Source: Terriglobia bacterium
GTDB taxonomy: Bacteria; Acidobacteriota; Terriglobia; 2-12-FULL-54-10
Direction of reading: 5' to 3'
DNA length: 64,000 nucleotides
Assembly: GCA_963666975.2 (NCBI GenBank)
Contig: CAXVYR010000004.1
Coordinates: forward strand, 1,184,001 to 1,248,000
Part shown: in pieces, positions 1-9,852 of the stretch
How the letters are laid out: every line of letters begins with the position of its first letter
Position numbering within the stretch: position 1 is the first letter of the stretch
Program-made: the position numbers and the translations under genes
The notes under the pieces: generated by a model
Told to the model about the DNA's origin: nothing
The model's input: the letters and a program-made list of their open reading frames with translations, nothing else
Database searches by the model: none

Positions 1-1358
1 AATCGCGGCTTACTTCCGCTAATCCGCTGGTGGACAGCCGCTGGTCGGGAATTCCAGGGAGTCCCGGGGTAGCGCGCTTTGAAGTGTCCTCAGCGCCGGA
101 TTTCAGAGGTTCCTTCCTAACAGAATGGATGGAAGCCGTTCCGGAATACGATTACATCGTCAAGATCAAAGTTCCGGGGTTGCAACCGGGCACGCGCTAT
201 TACTACCGTCTGCTGTACGGTCCCGATGAGGCGAGGATTCGAGAATCACAAACGGGCACGTTTCGGACGCATTCCGGAAGGGAAGCGGCCGGCGAGATTC
301 GTTTTGCCGTGGTCACTGGAATGAACTACTCCCGGTTCCATTATATGGGGGGACGGTTCGACCCGCCTTATCGCGGGACGGATAAACATCTCGGATACCC
401 GGCGCTCGAATCCATTCGCAAGCTGAAACCCGATTTTTTCGTGGGGACGGGGGACAACGTCTACTACGATACCCCCGCTGCCGGCCGCGCGGTAACAGAA
501 CATCAGTTGAGAAAGAAACACCATGAGCAGTATTCCCAGCAAAGATTTATTCAGTTATTTCGGGAAGTAGCCACGTACTGGATGAAGGATGACCACGATT
601 ACCGGTTCAATGACGCCGATCCCATTAACCTTTTCCCCGATCCCGGAGGATATGAACCTTCGCACGAATTGGGCATCCGGATTTTCCGGGAGCAACTGCC
701 GGTCGTCGATCCAAACGAGGAGAAGGCGGCAACCTATCGGACGTATCGGGTGAGCCGGTTGCTCCAGGTCTGGTTCGTAGAAGGGCGGGACTACCGAAGC
801 CCGAATGAGATGGTGGACGGTCCGGAGAAATCCATCTGGGGCAAGGAGCAAAAAGAGTGGCTGAAACGAACGCTTCTCGAAAGTGACGCGACCTTCAAAA
901 TCCTATTTTCACCCACGCCTATGGTCGGGCCCGACAGCACGGATAAGCGGGACAACCACGTCAACCCGGCAGGGTTCCGGCAGGAAGGAGACGAGTTCTT
1001 CCGCTGGCTCCAACAACAAGGGTTCTTAACCAAGAACTTTTATATTATCTGCGGCGACCGGCACTGGCAGTATCACTCGATTCATCCTGCCGGTTTTGAG
1101 GAGTTCTCTACAGGAGCGTTGGTCGACCAAAATGCCTTTCAGGCGATACTCCCCGGCGACCCGGGCTCGTCCGATCCGGAAGCCAAAATCCGGCAGCCCT
1201 ATCACTACAACCGGCCGACGGGTGGCTTCCTGATCCTCACGGTGGGACCGGGGCCAGAGGACAACGGCGCGCAAGCGGAGTTCACATTTTATGACGAGAA
1301 TGGGGAAATGCTTTACAGCCATACCAAGCTGGCCGGAATCCTGGAAGATGGAAGATAA
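1..1358 (+). CDS. PhoD-like alkaline phosphatase D family protein, probably 5'-truncated at the window edge
   Basis: Purple-acid-phosphatase-type N-domain (GLQPGTRYYYR) and PhoD motifs GDNVYYD, DDHD and GDRH; track ORF 30..1358. Confidence 0.85.
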   Translation, partial: SRLTSANPLVDSRWSGIPGSPGVARFEVSSAPDFRGSFLTEWMEAVPEYDYIVKIKVPGLQPGTRYYYRLLYGPDEARIRESQTGTFRTHSGREAAGEIRFAVVTGMNYSRFHYMGGRFDPPYRGTDKHLGYPALESIRKLKPDFFVGTGDNVYYDTPAAGRAVTEHQLRKKHHEQYSQQRFIQLFREVATYWMKDDHDYRFNDADPINLFPDPGGYEPSHELGIRIFREQLPVVDPNEEKAATYRTYRVSRLLQVWFVEGRDYRSPNEMVDGPEKSIWGKEQKEWLKRTLLESDATFKILFSPTPMVGPDSTDKRDNHVNPAGFRQEGDEFFRWLQQQGFLTKNFYIICGDRHWQYHSIHPAGFEEFSTGALVDQNAFQAILPGDPGSSDPEAKIRQPYHYNRPTGGFLILTVGPGPEDNGAQAEFTFYDENGEMLYSHTKLAGILEDGR

Positions 1359-1398
1359 AAGATAAAAGCTGAGAGCTGAAAGAAGAAAGCTGAAAACC
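1355..1398. repeat. Short degenerate heptamer repeats (AAGATAA / AGCTGAA) between convergent genes
   Basis: aagataaaagataaaagctgagagctgaaagaagaaagctgaaa. Confidence 0.4.
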
Positions 1399-1429
1399 GA
1401 TGAGCGCCACAGGCGGCGGTTTGTGACCG

Positions 1430-2095
1430 CTACGGAACCAGTAAGCCGGTCCCGATCATCCAAACCACGCCCAGAGCGCAAGAGCCGGCCCCAATCACCG
1501 GCTGCACCCATCTTTCCAGCAGCGCGTCGGAGAAAGTCCGAATCAGCCCACCCAAGGCCAGGCAGTAGCCCGCCATGCCAAGCATCACTCCCAAACCGAA
1601 AGCGCTCAGGTAGGCTCCCATGAGCCATGGCGACTCCATAGCGGCGATGGGGAGCAGAGCCAGCGCGGGCACGGCCCCGGCCAGTCCGTGGATGGCCCCC
1701 GTGACGGTGGCGGCGTGGTTGTCGAAATGCTCCTCGCCGTGGACGTGCGAGTGCAAATGAGAGTGGACCAGTGAGCCGTGGCGGTGCTGATGAAAGTGCA
1801 GCTTCCGGGCCCGGAACGAGCGCCGCAGAGAGATGCCCCCCACAAAGACCAGTACTAAGCCAACTAAAAATTCCGCATACGGTTCAAACCGTTCGGGGAC
1901 GGGGACAGCCAAGGCAGCGATCAGCACGCCCAGCAGCAAGACCGCCGCCAGATGACCTACTCCCCAACGCAGGCTCACCATCAGGGCGGAGGAGAGCCGC
2001 CGCCGCTGGCTGACAAAGGTGCTCACCGCCGCCAGATGGTCCGGGCCAAAGGCGTGGAGGATGCCTAACAGGAATGCGGTAGTGAATATCAACAA
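1430..2095 (-). CDS. Nickel/cobalt permease, UreH/NiCoT-like, with His-rich loop
   Basis: GILHAFGPDH motif, multiple TM helices, HFHQHRHGSLVHSHLHSHVH loop, GAIHGLAG; start TTG 2095 after AAGGA is inferred. Confidence 0.8.
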   Translation of the reverse strand: MLIFTTAFLLGILHAFGPDHLAAVSTFVSQRRRLSSALMVSLRWGVGHLAAVLLLGVLIAALAVPVPERFEPYAEFLVGLVLVFVGGISLRRSFRARKLHFHQHRHGSLVHSHLHSHVHGEEHFDNHAATVTGAIHGLAGAVPALALLPIAAMESPWLMGAYLSAFGLGVMLGMAGYCLALGGLIRTFSDALLERWVQPVIGAGSCALGVVWMIGTGLLVP

Positions 2096-2205
2096 GAGAA
2101 GCGTTTCCTTATCGTGATCTATAGCTGGGCGGGTGCAGACAACCCTGCGTGCAGAGAGGTCAAGGTTATCACAGCTCCGGCAGCTTGATCCAACTGCCGT
2201 GCTAG

Positions 2206-2538
2206 TCAATCCTTGGTCAGTTCCACACCGTCCATAACCATTTCCCATCTGCCGCCTTCCTGGTAAGGCGGCTGGGAGACGACGAAGGTGGTGGAAATAA
2301 ACCAGATGCCAACAGCGAAATCATCGCCTTGGAACTCTTGGAGCGGCCCATCAATTGTCGTTCTGGCGGTTCCCCTATGCCGTTCGTAATCTATGCTCCC
2401 GTCTTGCGTAATGGACAGACGTATTTCCGGTGATCTCCACACGCCGACGTAGTCAGCTTTGTCCGCCGGAACGGGCGTGCCGCAACCGGATAGCAAAAGC
2501 GTGAGAAGCAGAATTGCTGGGATTGGGCGAATGTTCAT
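2206..2538 (-). CDS. Small hypothetical lipoprotein
   Basis: Signal peptide with lipobox LLSGC. Confidence 0.75.
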   Translation of the reverse strand: MNIRPIPAILLLTLLLSGCGTPVPADKADYVGVWRSPEIRLSITQDGSIDYERHRGTARTTIDGPLQEFQGDDFAVGIWFISTTFVVSQPPYQEGGRWEMVMDGVELTKD

Positions 2539-2560
2539 TGGGCACTTTCTGATACGAGCG

Positions 2561-2625
2561 GCTTAACGTCTGGCGATCCCCTGCGATCCGTGAAGCAGAT
2601 CGTCAGGCGCATCGCCTGATTGGAC
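2561..2625 (-). mobile_element. attC-like integron cassette recombination site
   Basis: Minus strand GTCCAAT...GCGATGCGCCTGACGATC/GATCGCAGGGGATCGC...GTTAAGC: imperfect hairpin with extrahelical bases, ending in GTTRRRY, between two co-oriented genes. Confidence 0.6.
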
Positions 2626-2641
2626 CGTCGGTGAATGAACA

Positions 2642-3628
2642 CTACAATGTCACCAGCACCCGCCCGACTGCACGCTGGCCCTCGACGCACTCGTGGGCCT
2701 CAGCAATCGAGCGCAGCGGAAACCGCTCCGCGATCTTAAAACCTGGCCATTCCCCGTCAAGCGCCGCAGTCAGCCCTGCTGCGGCAACGGTCTTCGCTTC
2801 GGTCGCGAAGTCGTCGCTTCCGAGAAAGAACAAGCGGATATTCTTGAATACGAGCGGCCAGAACGGGATTGACGGCGACGGATCTCCTGTCGCGTACGTG
2901 GCGATGGAGCCACCCAGCGCAAGCAGTTCCACGTCGGTCGCAAGGTTTGCGTGAAAAGCAACCTCGACCACGTGATGGACGCCGTCGGGGGCGAGGGCGC
3001 GGATACGTTCAACCACCTCGTCGGCAGAGATCCCATCGGTGCGGACGACCTCGTGTGCGCCGGCCCGGTCTGCCACGGCTGCACCGCGCTCCGATCGGAT
3101 GGTCGCGATCACATGCGCCCCGCCGTACCGGGCGAGTCCGATGGCGCACGAGCCAACGGCGCCCGCCCCGCCCTGCACGAGCAAGGTGCGCCCCTCAACT
3201 GGACCGGCCACATGCACGGCACGATGGGCGGTAATTCCGGGAATGCCGAGGCACGCGCCTTGATCGAAAGAAACTTTAGGTGAAAGCGGAACGGCTTGGT
3301 CGGACGGCACGACCACATACTCTGCTGCCGTTCCGAACGGCCGGTAACTCTGTGCGCCGAAGCACCACACCCGCTCGCCTGCACGCCGTGCAGGAACGGC
3401 TTCGCCAACCCTGTCGATCCTACCCGCGCCGTCGCTGTGGGGAATCACCCTTGGGAAGGGCAACCCGACGCCAAAAGTGTCCTGGCGCTTTATCACATCA
3501 CCAGGGTTGACGCCGGAAGCGGTCATACGAATGCGCACCTCGTCCGGTCCCGGCTGAGGGTCTGGCATCTCGCCGACGATCAGCACTTGAGCGGCAGGCC
3601 CCTGCTTTTCGTACCAGGCTGCTTTCAC
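2642..3628 (-). CDS. NADPH:quinone oxidoreductase (zeta-crystallin/MDR family)
   Basis: MKAAWYE..., SGVNPGD, PHSDGAG, VQGGAGAVG, GRVLVTL; start is GTG at 3628, in frame with the track ORF. Confidence 0.88.
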   Translation of the reverse strand: MKAAWYEKQGPAAQVLIVGEMPDPQPGPDEVRIRMTASGVNPGDVIKRQDTFGVGLPFPRVIPHSDGAGRIDRVGEAVPARRAGERVWCFGAQSYRPFGTAAEYVVVPSDQAVPLSPKVSFDQGACLGIPGITAHRAVHVAGPVEGRTLLVQGGAGAVGSCAIGLARYGGAHVIATIRSERGAAVADRAGAHEVVRTDGISADEVVERIRALAPDGVHHVVEVAFHANLATDVELLALGGSIATYATGDPSPSIPFWPLVFKNIRLFFLGSDDFATEAKTVAAAGLTAALDGEWPGFKIAERFPLRSIAEAHECVEGQRAVGRVLVTL

Positions 3629-3659
3629 ATCGAAGCTCCGAGTGACGTTGGGAAGGGCG

Positions 3660-3722
3660 GGCGAACGGTGCGTTGAGCTGCGGACGGCGTGAGCCGGCCG
3701 TCGGCTCAAGCGGTTGCCAGGC
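3660..3722 (-). mobile_element. Degenerate attC-like site
   Basis: Minus strand GCCTGGCAACCGCTTGAGCCGACGGC...GCCGTCCGCAGCTCAACGCACCGTTCGCC hairpin overlapping the upstream gene's stop. Confidence 0.45.
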
Positions 3723-4404
3723 CGCCTCCGACAGTTGTGCCACGGCGCCACATAAGAGCACCCACGGAAATAACCCAAACGAGGATCAGTAAACTGGCGG
3801 GCATATTGACCGTCATGGCTAAGCTCGAAAAACCAGTGTACGCCATTACAACTCCCCCAACCAAAGTGGGGATACCTCCCAGCAGGGCAAGTACTGCGAC
3901 CCAGCGGGGATAGTGTCCGCTGTTCCATAACGCAATTCCGTACAGCGTAACTGTGAGGCCGAAGAACATACTCATGACACTGGCGAGCCCGACTTCGACC
4001 TGACGGACGCCGAATGCTGCATGAAACAAACCGGCCTTTTCCGAGGACTCCGCCCCAGCCCATGCGTCAACCATCACTTTAAGTGCGATGCCATCCACCG
4101 CCTGAAGAACGGCGGTCAGCGTCAAGCTAGCGATCGCTCCCCCAGAGGCGATGCGGGGAAGACCCGCTCGGCCACCGGAGTCCAACTCGTTGGCGAGCAC
4201 TAAGAGCGCGCCAACAATGAGAGCAACTCCAGCGAGCTGTGTTAAATGACTGGCAACCCAATGTCGATCGGCCGCGTACTCCGAGAAAGCAGCAACAGAG
4301 TCGTTCGGATCTGCCTGCATTGGGTGTAGCGAGGTTCCGGCAAAGAGAAGTACAGCACCAAGCACGGCGCTCATAGCGCCAAACTTATAACTACGACTAC
4401 TCAT
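3706..4404 (-). CDS. Hypothetical multi-pass membrane protein (DUF4386-like)
   Basis: About 6 hydrophobic segments; start MSSRSYKF at 4404 is inferred. Confidence 0.7.
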   Translation of the reverse strand: MSSRSYKFGAMSAVLGAVLLFAGTSLHPMQADPNDSVAAFSEYAADRHWVASHLTQLAGVALIVGALLVLANELDSGGRAGLPRIASGGAIASLTLTAVLQAVDGIALKVMVDAWAGAESSEKAGLFHAAFGVRQVEVGLASVMSMFFGLTVTLYGIALWNSGHYPRWVAVLALLGGIPTLVGGVVMAYTGFSSLAMTVNMPASLLILVWVISVGALMWRRGTTVGGGLATA

Positions 4405-4554
4405 GACTAAGACCCTTGCCCACCTTCCTGTCCGTCGGTCTAGCTCCTGTTTAGGCTGATCCTCATAAAATCCGTCCCGGTCAGCGTAAGACGAAACCGC
4501 CACGGAAGGGCAGCGTCTACGGGCAATTATACCGGATCGAAAGATGCCGCAGAG

Positions 4555-4839
4555 CTAGTGCTTTTTGCCGGCCCGCTGCAACGACCGTTTAGGCGTGGTG
4601 TCGAGGTCTTCTATCCTGACGCCTCGGCCTTCCCGCAAGCTATGCCGCGCTGATTCAATCCGGGCCAGAAATCGGGGGTCATTTTCCAACCGGTAATCAA
4701 ACCAGTCGTCTTCGGACTCAAAACCAATGAGCACTCCTGCCGGTCTGCCGTGCCGCGTGATGACCACTTCTTCCTTTTCCGCCGCTCGCAGAAACTTGGA
4801 CAAATCGTCTTTGACCTCTGAAAGCGCAACTTTTTTCAT
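4555..4839 (-). CDS. Phd/YefM-family type II antitoxin with no adjacent toxin
   Basis: MKKVALSEVKDDLSKFL...VVITRHGRPAGVLI. Confidence 0.85.
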   Translation of the reverse strand: MKKVALSEVKDDLSKFLRAAEKEEVVITRHGRPAGVLIGFESEDDWFDYRLENDPRFLARIESARHSLREGRGVRIEDLDTTPKRSLQRAGKKH

Positions 4840-4945
4840 TAAGACCCCTGAATGTCGGTAGTCACGGTGAGCGCTTTTTCTTGCCCTGGGTTCTTCTCTC
4901 GACAGGATACCAAAATAAAAAAGCCTGCTTTATCCTACCAGCGGC

Positions 4946-7279
4946 TCAAGCAGATCGGGCGTTACTGATCTGCACCAATTGCGGTTCGGCGCGGACTGTG
5001 CCGAAGCTCAGGACATCCATGGGGCAGACGGTGACACAGACGCCGCAGCCGATGCAGGAGGAGTTGGCGTTGGTGATGGGCTCCTGTTTCAGCGCGAAGC
5101 TCATCACGTCGATGCCGACCAGGCAGTAGCGGCTGCACTCGCCGCAGGCGATGCACTTCTCGTTAGCGCTGATGCGGTATTGGCTGAACCGCAGCTTCTC
5201 GTAGAGGTGGCTCAGCAGCTCCATCATCTTGGCCAGCGGGCACCAGTAGCGGCACCAGACTTTCCCGCCCAGGAACGGGTAGAGCGTCAGCGGCAGAATG
5301 CCCACCAGCCAAATGTCTGCGACAATGCGATAAGCGTATAGCCCCCGTTCGGCGGGCGTACGGAGAGCCTCGAACACGTCCCGGCCCAGCATCATGACCG
5401 TGATGAGGACCGCCGCGATAAAGACCACCAAGGTCATCTTCTTCTCCCAGCGATGGCTGGCTTTTCCCTTCGGCGCCAAGTGGCGCCAGCGGTCGCCCAG
5501 CGTTTCGGCCAGCCCGCCGCAGCCGCAGATCCACGAACAGTAGCGTTTGCCGTGCCAGACGACCATCACCGGGATGATCCCAAAGGCCAGCACAACCCCC
5601 CAGATAATCCAGATCTGATGAGGGTCATAGAAGAACGTGTAGAAGAACAACGGCCAGGCGTAGACGATGCCGTAGGCGCGCCAGGGTTGCTCTGCGAACT
5701 GCGGGTCCGTGGCCAAGCGCTCGCCCACCCAGCGGTATTCAACCGCCCAGCGGAAGAGAAATTCCGGCACTATAAAAAAGAAAATCCACTGAAAACTGAT
5801 CAGGCTGGAGAAGCGCCAGATCTGGAATTTGTCCCGGCGGTCCAGGCCCCATCGCTTGAGCGCCTGGATTCCGAAAAAAGTCATCACCACGGTGTAGAAC
5901 ACCGTGTACCAGAATTGCAAGGGGCGGTCGGCGAATCTAAATAGCTCGTAAGCCCAACCGGTGTAGGGCCAAAATTCCTGCCCCGCACCCAGTTTGATGC
6001 CGTAGAGGGAATAAAAGCCGAAGAAGCCCGTGCCCAACCACGCCCAGCGTTGGCCGCGCACGGCCGTCGCCAACAGACCGGCGAAGGCCCCCGCCGCCAC
6101 CACGCCGCCAAGCCACTGGGGGATCTGCTGTACCAACTCCATCGAAGCGTTGCCCCCCAGCGCCCACAGGCCGAGCAAGGTGGCCAGCGTCAATAGGGCC
6201 GAGCGGGCCATACTGCCCGACCATTCATTTTCCATCTTCAACCCCAGCGACTTCAGAAACGCGGTCGGAACTTCAGAGCCGATCAGCACGAAGGCGTGGT
6301 CATAGGGGAATTTCTCGGTGGTCTGCTTGCCGTCTTTTTCGATTTGGAGGGTGGCCTCTCGGTCGCCGAACTCAGTGACCTGGGAGTTGAAGAGGGGCTT
6401 GATAGACCCGCTGCCGATCGCTTCCTGGAGCTGTCGCTCGTTGTCTTTGAAAATCCGGTAGAGCTGCTGGCCGCGATAGCTGAGCGTAACCTGGTTGCGC
6501 TGGCTCAAGGTGAGGGCGGCCTCGGCGGCCGTGTTTCCCCCGCCGACCACCAGAATCCGCTCGTCGTGGTACTGCTTGGGGCTATAGAGGCGATGATAGA
6601 CTCGCTCCTGGTCCTCGCCCGGTACGACCAGCTTGCGCGGGTTTCCCCGTTGCCCGGTGGCGAGGATGACGTTGCGGGCCTTGTACTGCTTTCCCTGCTC
6701 GGTCGTGAGGGTAAAGCTGTCGTCTTTGTTGCGGGTGAGGGATTTCAACCCATCTCCGGTGCGGACATCCAGGCCGTTGTCGCGGATGATCTGGTGCCAG
6801 CGCCCGATGAGGTCTTCCTTGGTGGCGCCGTCCAGCCAGAGTTTGCCCTTGGGCGGGACTTGGTCCGGCTCGGCGTAAATCCACTTTCCCTCCGGGAAGT
6901 CTTCAATGGTGTTGGCGATTTTGTTTTTTTCGAGGACCACGCACCGGAGGCCTTTGTCGGTGGCCGCCAGCGCCGCGTTCAGCCCGGCCGCCCCGGCGCC
7001 GACCACGACGGCGTCATAGGCCTCCGTGTCGTTCGATCCGGTGTCGCGCTGGCGGCCTTGCTGACCGCCGTGCTGACCGCCATACTGACCAATGATTTGC
7101 TCGATCACCTCCACGCCCTGTTCCATCGCCAGCTTAATCACCGGCGCCCCAGCCAAGTCCCCGATCACGTACAGGCCACGGAGATTCGATTCTCGTTTGG
7201 AGTCCATCTGCGGCCGTCGTGTGGGCATGTTGGCGGTTTCGAAGATTCCCTCGAACCACCGCTGGAGTTTGGTGAGCAT
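4946..7279 (-). CDS. FAD/NAD(P)-dependent oxidoreductase (TrxR-like) fused to a NapH/MauN-type membrane polyferredoxin
   Basis: GAGAAG, ATG and GGGNTA motifs; many TM helices; YCSWICGCG and WCRYWCP motifs; two CxxCxxCxxxC clusters; start MLTKLQ at 7279 is inferred. Confidence 0.8.
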   Translation of the reverse strand: MLTKLQRWFEGIFETANMPTRRPQMDSKRESNLRGLYVIGDLAGAPVIKLAMEQGVEVIEQIIGQYGGQHGGQQGRQRDTGSNDTEAYDAVVVGAGAAGLNAALAATDKGLRCVVLEKNKIANTIEDFPEGKWIYAEPDQVPPKGKLWLDGATKEDLIGRWHQIIRDNGLDVRTGDGLKSLTRNKDDSFTLTTEQGKQYKARNVILATGQRGNPRKLVVPGEDQERVYHRLYSPKQYHDERILVVGGGNTAAEAALTLSQRNQVTLSYRGQQLYRIFKDNERQLQEAIGSGSIKPLFNSQVTEFGDREATLQIEKDGKQTTEKFPYDHAFVLIGSEVPTAFLKSLGLKMENEWSGSMARSALLTLATLLGLWALGGNASMELVQQIPQWLGGVVAAGAFAGLLATAVRGQRWAWLGTGFFGFYSLYGIKLGAGQEFWPYTGWAYELFRFADRPLQFWYTVFYTVVMTFFGIQALKRWGLDRRDKFQIWRFSSLISFQWIFFFIVPEFLFRWAVEYRWVGERLATDPQFAEQPWRAYGIVYAWPLFFYTFFYDPHQIWIIWGVVLAFGIIPVMVVWHGKRYCSWICGCGGLAETLGDRWRHLAPKGKASHRWEKKMTLVVFIAAVLITVMMLGRDVFEALRTPAERGLYAYRIVADIWLVGILPLTLYPFLGGKVWCRYWCPLAKMMELLSHLYEKLRFSQYRISANEKCIACGECSRYCLVGIDVMSFALKQEPITNANSSCIGCGVCVTVCPMDVLSFGTVRAEPQLVQISNARSA

Positions 7280-7295
7280 TGTGCTGAATTGTGTT

Positions 7296-7829
7296 TTATT
7301 GGATGAACTGCTGCTTGCGCCAGCGGACGGCCTCGGATTCAAACGCCGGGATCGTCTGTCCGCCGCAGCCCAGGCAAGCGTCCCCGGAAGGGTGGTTGTA
7401 GTAGCCGCAGTGGGAACACTCCTCGGAATAGTGGGTGCACGGCACTTTCCGAAGGCCGCGAGGAATGCCGGCAGGAAATTGTCCGGCATCGCCCGGTGCG
7501 CGAGTCAGCAGGATCAGATAGCCCGCCGCATTCAGAAAAAACCCCAGAAAGAACCACGGAATCGGCGATAGAGCCTTATGCACCGCTGCTTGCGCGCAGG
7601 CTCCGGCGAAGATTAACCCGGCCAGGACGTAAACTCCGAGCATGAGCCATGCCGGCGACAGCGGCTGGCTGCTGGGTCCCTGCTCGCTGAACAGCGCGCC
7701 GCTCGGGCGGTCCGGGTCCGCTGGGGATTGCTGCGCCAGCGCAGCAAAAGGATTGATCAGGAAAACAGCAGTCAGGAAAACTGCGGCAAGACACAAAATA
7801 GAAAGACGCAAGCTTCTCGGCCCTCTCAT
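7296..7829 (-). CDS. Hypothetical membrane protein with C-terminal zinc ribbon
   Basis: Signal/TM segments and CSHC...CLGC; AGGAG before ATG 7829. Confidence 0.7.
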   Translation of the reverse strand: MRGPRSLRLSILCLAAVFLTAVFLINPFAALAQQSPADPDRPSGALFSEQGPSSQPLSPAWLMLGVYVLAGLIFAGACAQAAVHKALSPIPWFFLGFFLNAAGYLILLTRAPGDAGQFPAGIPRGLRKVPCTHYSEECSHCGYYNHPSGDACLGCGGQTIPAFESEAVRWRKQQFIQ

Positions 7830-7977
7830 GAGTTTTCTCCTGTTCTCAACGGCCGCTTTCACTGAGATGCCCGAATTAGCTTAGCGATTCACCCCGTGAA
7901 AAGAAAGGGGAATGGGGAAAGACAAAAGCCAGGTGGAACGGAAAGGGAAAGGAGCAGAGCGCGCCTCGCTGGGAATG

Positions 7978-8979
7978 TCACCCGGGAACTTCTGCGCCGA
8001 CCGTCTTCAAAACCAAATCCGCCATGGCCTGGATAAACTTCGGCGAATCGTTCAGTCCGGGCATCATCTCAAATTGCCGGAAGCCGGCCTGTAGCGCCTC
8101 CTCGCGCGCTTCGATGTCAATCTCATGCAGCGTCTCAATATGATCCGATACGAACGAGACAGGAACAACCAGCGCGTTCCTCACTCCCTCCGCGCCCAGC
8201 CGTGCAATGACCGCGTGCAGAGTGGGACCCAGCCAGCGCCCTGCTCCCACCCTGCTCTGGTAGCAGATCGTATGAGGAAAGGGCCAGCGGCCTCGTTCGA
8301 GGAGCAGCCGCACCGTGGCTTCCACCTGTTCCTGATAGGGGTCTCCGGCCTTAATGACGCTGATCGGCAGTCCATGCGCGCTGAAAATCATGTGTAACCC
8401 GCCCGGATGGGCGGATGAGCCGGCAAACTTTCCCACGCTCGAGTTTATTATTTCCACCACGGAATCGATATATCCCGGATCGTCGTGGAAGTCTTGAATC
8501 TTCCGGACGGGAACATTAGAGAAGGAGGAAGCTGGAAACTGCCTTCCCCATTCATTGAAGCTGCTGCCGGTGGTGGTCTTGGAGTATTGCGGATAGAGGG
8601 GCAACAGGATCAATTCGCTCCAGTCATCTTTGGCCAACTCGCGGAGGGCCTCGTCCGTCAAGGGATGCCAATAGCGCATCGCCACAACCACGCGGGCGTC
8701 AATGGACTTTTGCAACGCTTCTTCCAGCGCACGGGACTGCCTGCGGGTCCACTCCACGATGGGAGACTTGCCGCCGATGGCAGCGTATAACTTTTGAACT
8801 TTCTGGGCACGGCTTTTGGCCATCCGCCGGGCGAGGGGTTTACGAGCCAGCCTGGCCAGCGGAAAGTCGATGATATCCGGGTCCAAAAACAGGTTATGGA
8901 GAAAAGGCTCCACGGCCTCCAGGGAATCCGGTCCGCCCAACTGAAACAGCACAACGCCGACCTTTTTTCCCTCAGCCAT
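7978..8979 (-). CDS. hemH: Ferrochelatase
   Basis: QLGGP, LYPQYS, FSAHGLP, YQSRVG..WLGP and FVSDHIETLHEID motifs. Confidence 0.96.
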   Translation of the reverse strand: MAEGKKVGVVLFQLGGPDSLEAVEPFLHNLFLDPDIIDFPLARLARKPLARRMAKSRAQKVQKLYAAIGGKSPIVEWTRRQSRALEEALQKSIDARVVVAMRYWHPLTDEALRELAKDDWSELILLPLYPQYSKTTTGSSFNEWGRQFPASSFSNVPVRKIQDFHDDPGYIDSVVEIINSSVGKFAGSSAHPGGLHMIFSAHGLPISVIKAGDPYQEQVEATVRLLLERGRWPFPHTICYQSRVGAGRWLGPTLHAVIARLGAEGVRNALVVPVSFVSDHIETLHEIDIEAREEALQAGFRQFEMMPGLNDSPKFIQAMADLVLKTVGAEVPG

Positions 8980-9174
8980 TTCTCCCCAACCAATTCCTCT
9001 CCACCGTATTCCCCTGATCGCAGTCCCGGAAGAACCGGGGTCCCCCCGTTAGCAGTTTTTTTTATAGCTAGGGATTCCAGGATTGCCGGCCGCACTCAGT
9101 GGAAATAACCGATTCCGCCCGCCCGGGAACTTGTTGCGAAAAGAATCCGATGTGCCCGGAAGCGGCCAGAAGCG

Positions 9175-9600
9175 TTAGATGGGTTTGATCATTACCAAGA
9201 TCAAGATTCCAAGAAAAACCGCCGCCACGCCTGCGCGCAAGCCAACACACTCGCCTCGCTGCATCTCGACCTTGCCCGATTGAAAGGCCTTTGCCCGGAA
9301 GTAAATCCGCAAATCCAGCCCCACCAAAAAAACAACCAGAAGAAGTTTGGCGTGCAGCCAGGGCGCCCGCATATAAAATCCGGGATCGGTGAGAACCAGC
9401 AGGATTCCCGTGATCACCATCAGGGCCGCCCCGGGATGGACGATTCCTTTGAAGATTTTATTCTCCAGGCGCGCCAGGGCCTTGCGCGCCTCCATACCGG
9501 CCTCCTGGCAGTGGGTGGTCAAGACGAAAGTTACAACCAGCAACGATCCAATCCATAAAACCATGGCCGGCAAGTGCAACACCAGCAACCAAGCTTGCAT
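9175..9600 (-). CDS. hemJ: HemJ-type protoporphyrinogen IX oxidase (CopD/HemJ family)
   Basis: 4 TM, LH..A.V.WIG and WLHAKL motifs, ends in KP; directly upstream of hemH. Confidence 0.7.
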   Translation of the reverse strand: MQAWLLVLHLPAMVLWIGSLLVVTFVLTTHCQEAGMEARKALARLENKIFKGIVHPGAALMVITGILLVLTDPGFYMRAPWLHAKLLLVVFLVGLDLRIYFRAKAFQSGKVEMQRGECVGLRAGVAAVFLGILILVMIKPI

Positions 9601-9852
9601 GCTCTTGTATCCTCCTCAGAGACAGGGGATTGCCACCGGGACATCCTGCAAACGGGCGCAGACCGGCTATGATACTCCAGACCGGGTATCGCTCCATCTC
9701 TTTTTTACAAGAGATTCATCCGGCTTCCAGCAAGGAGTGAACATCGTCTTCCCGATGATTGATTTTACAAACCGCGCGTTTTAGCTTAGCATTCCTACGG
9801 GGCATTCATACGGGAAGCAAGAAGGAAACTTGGTTGCAGGCTGAGGGGAACT

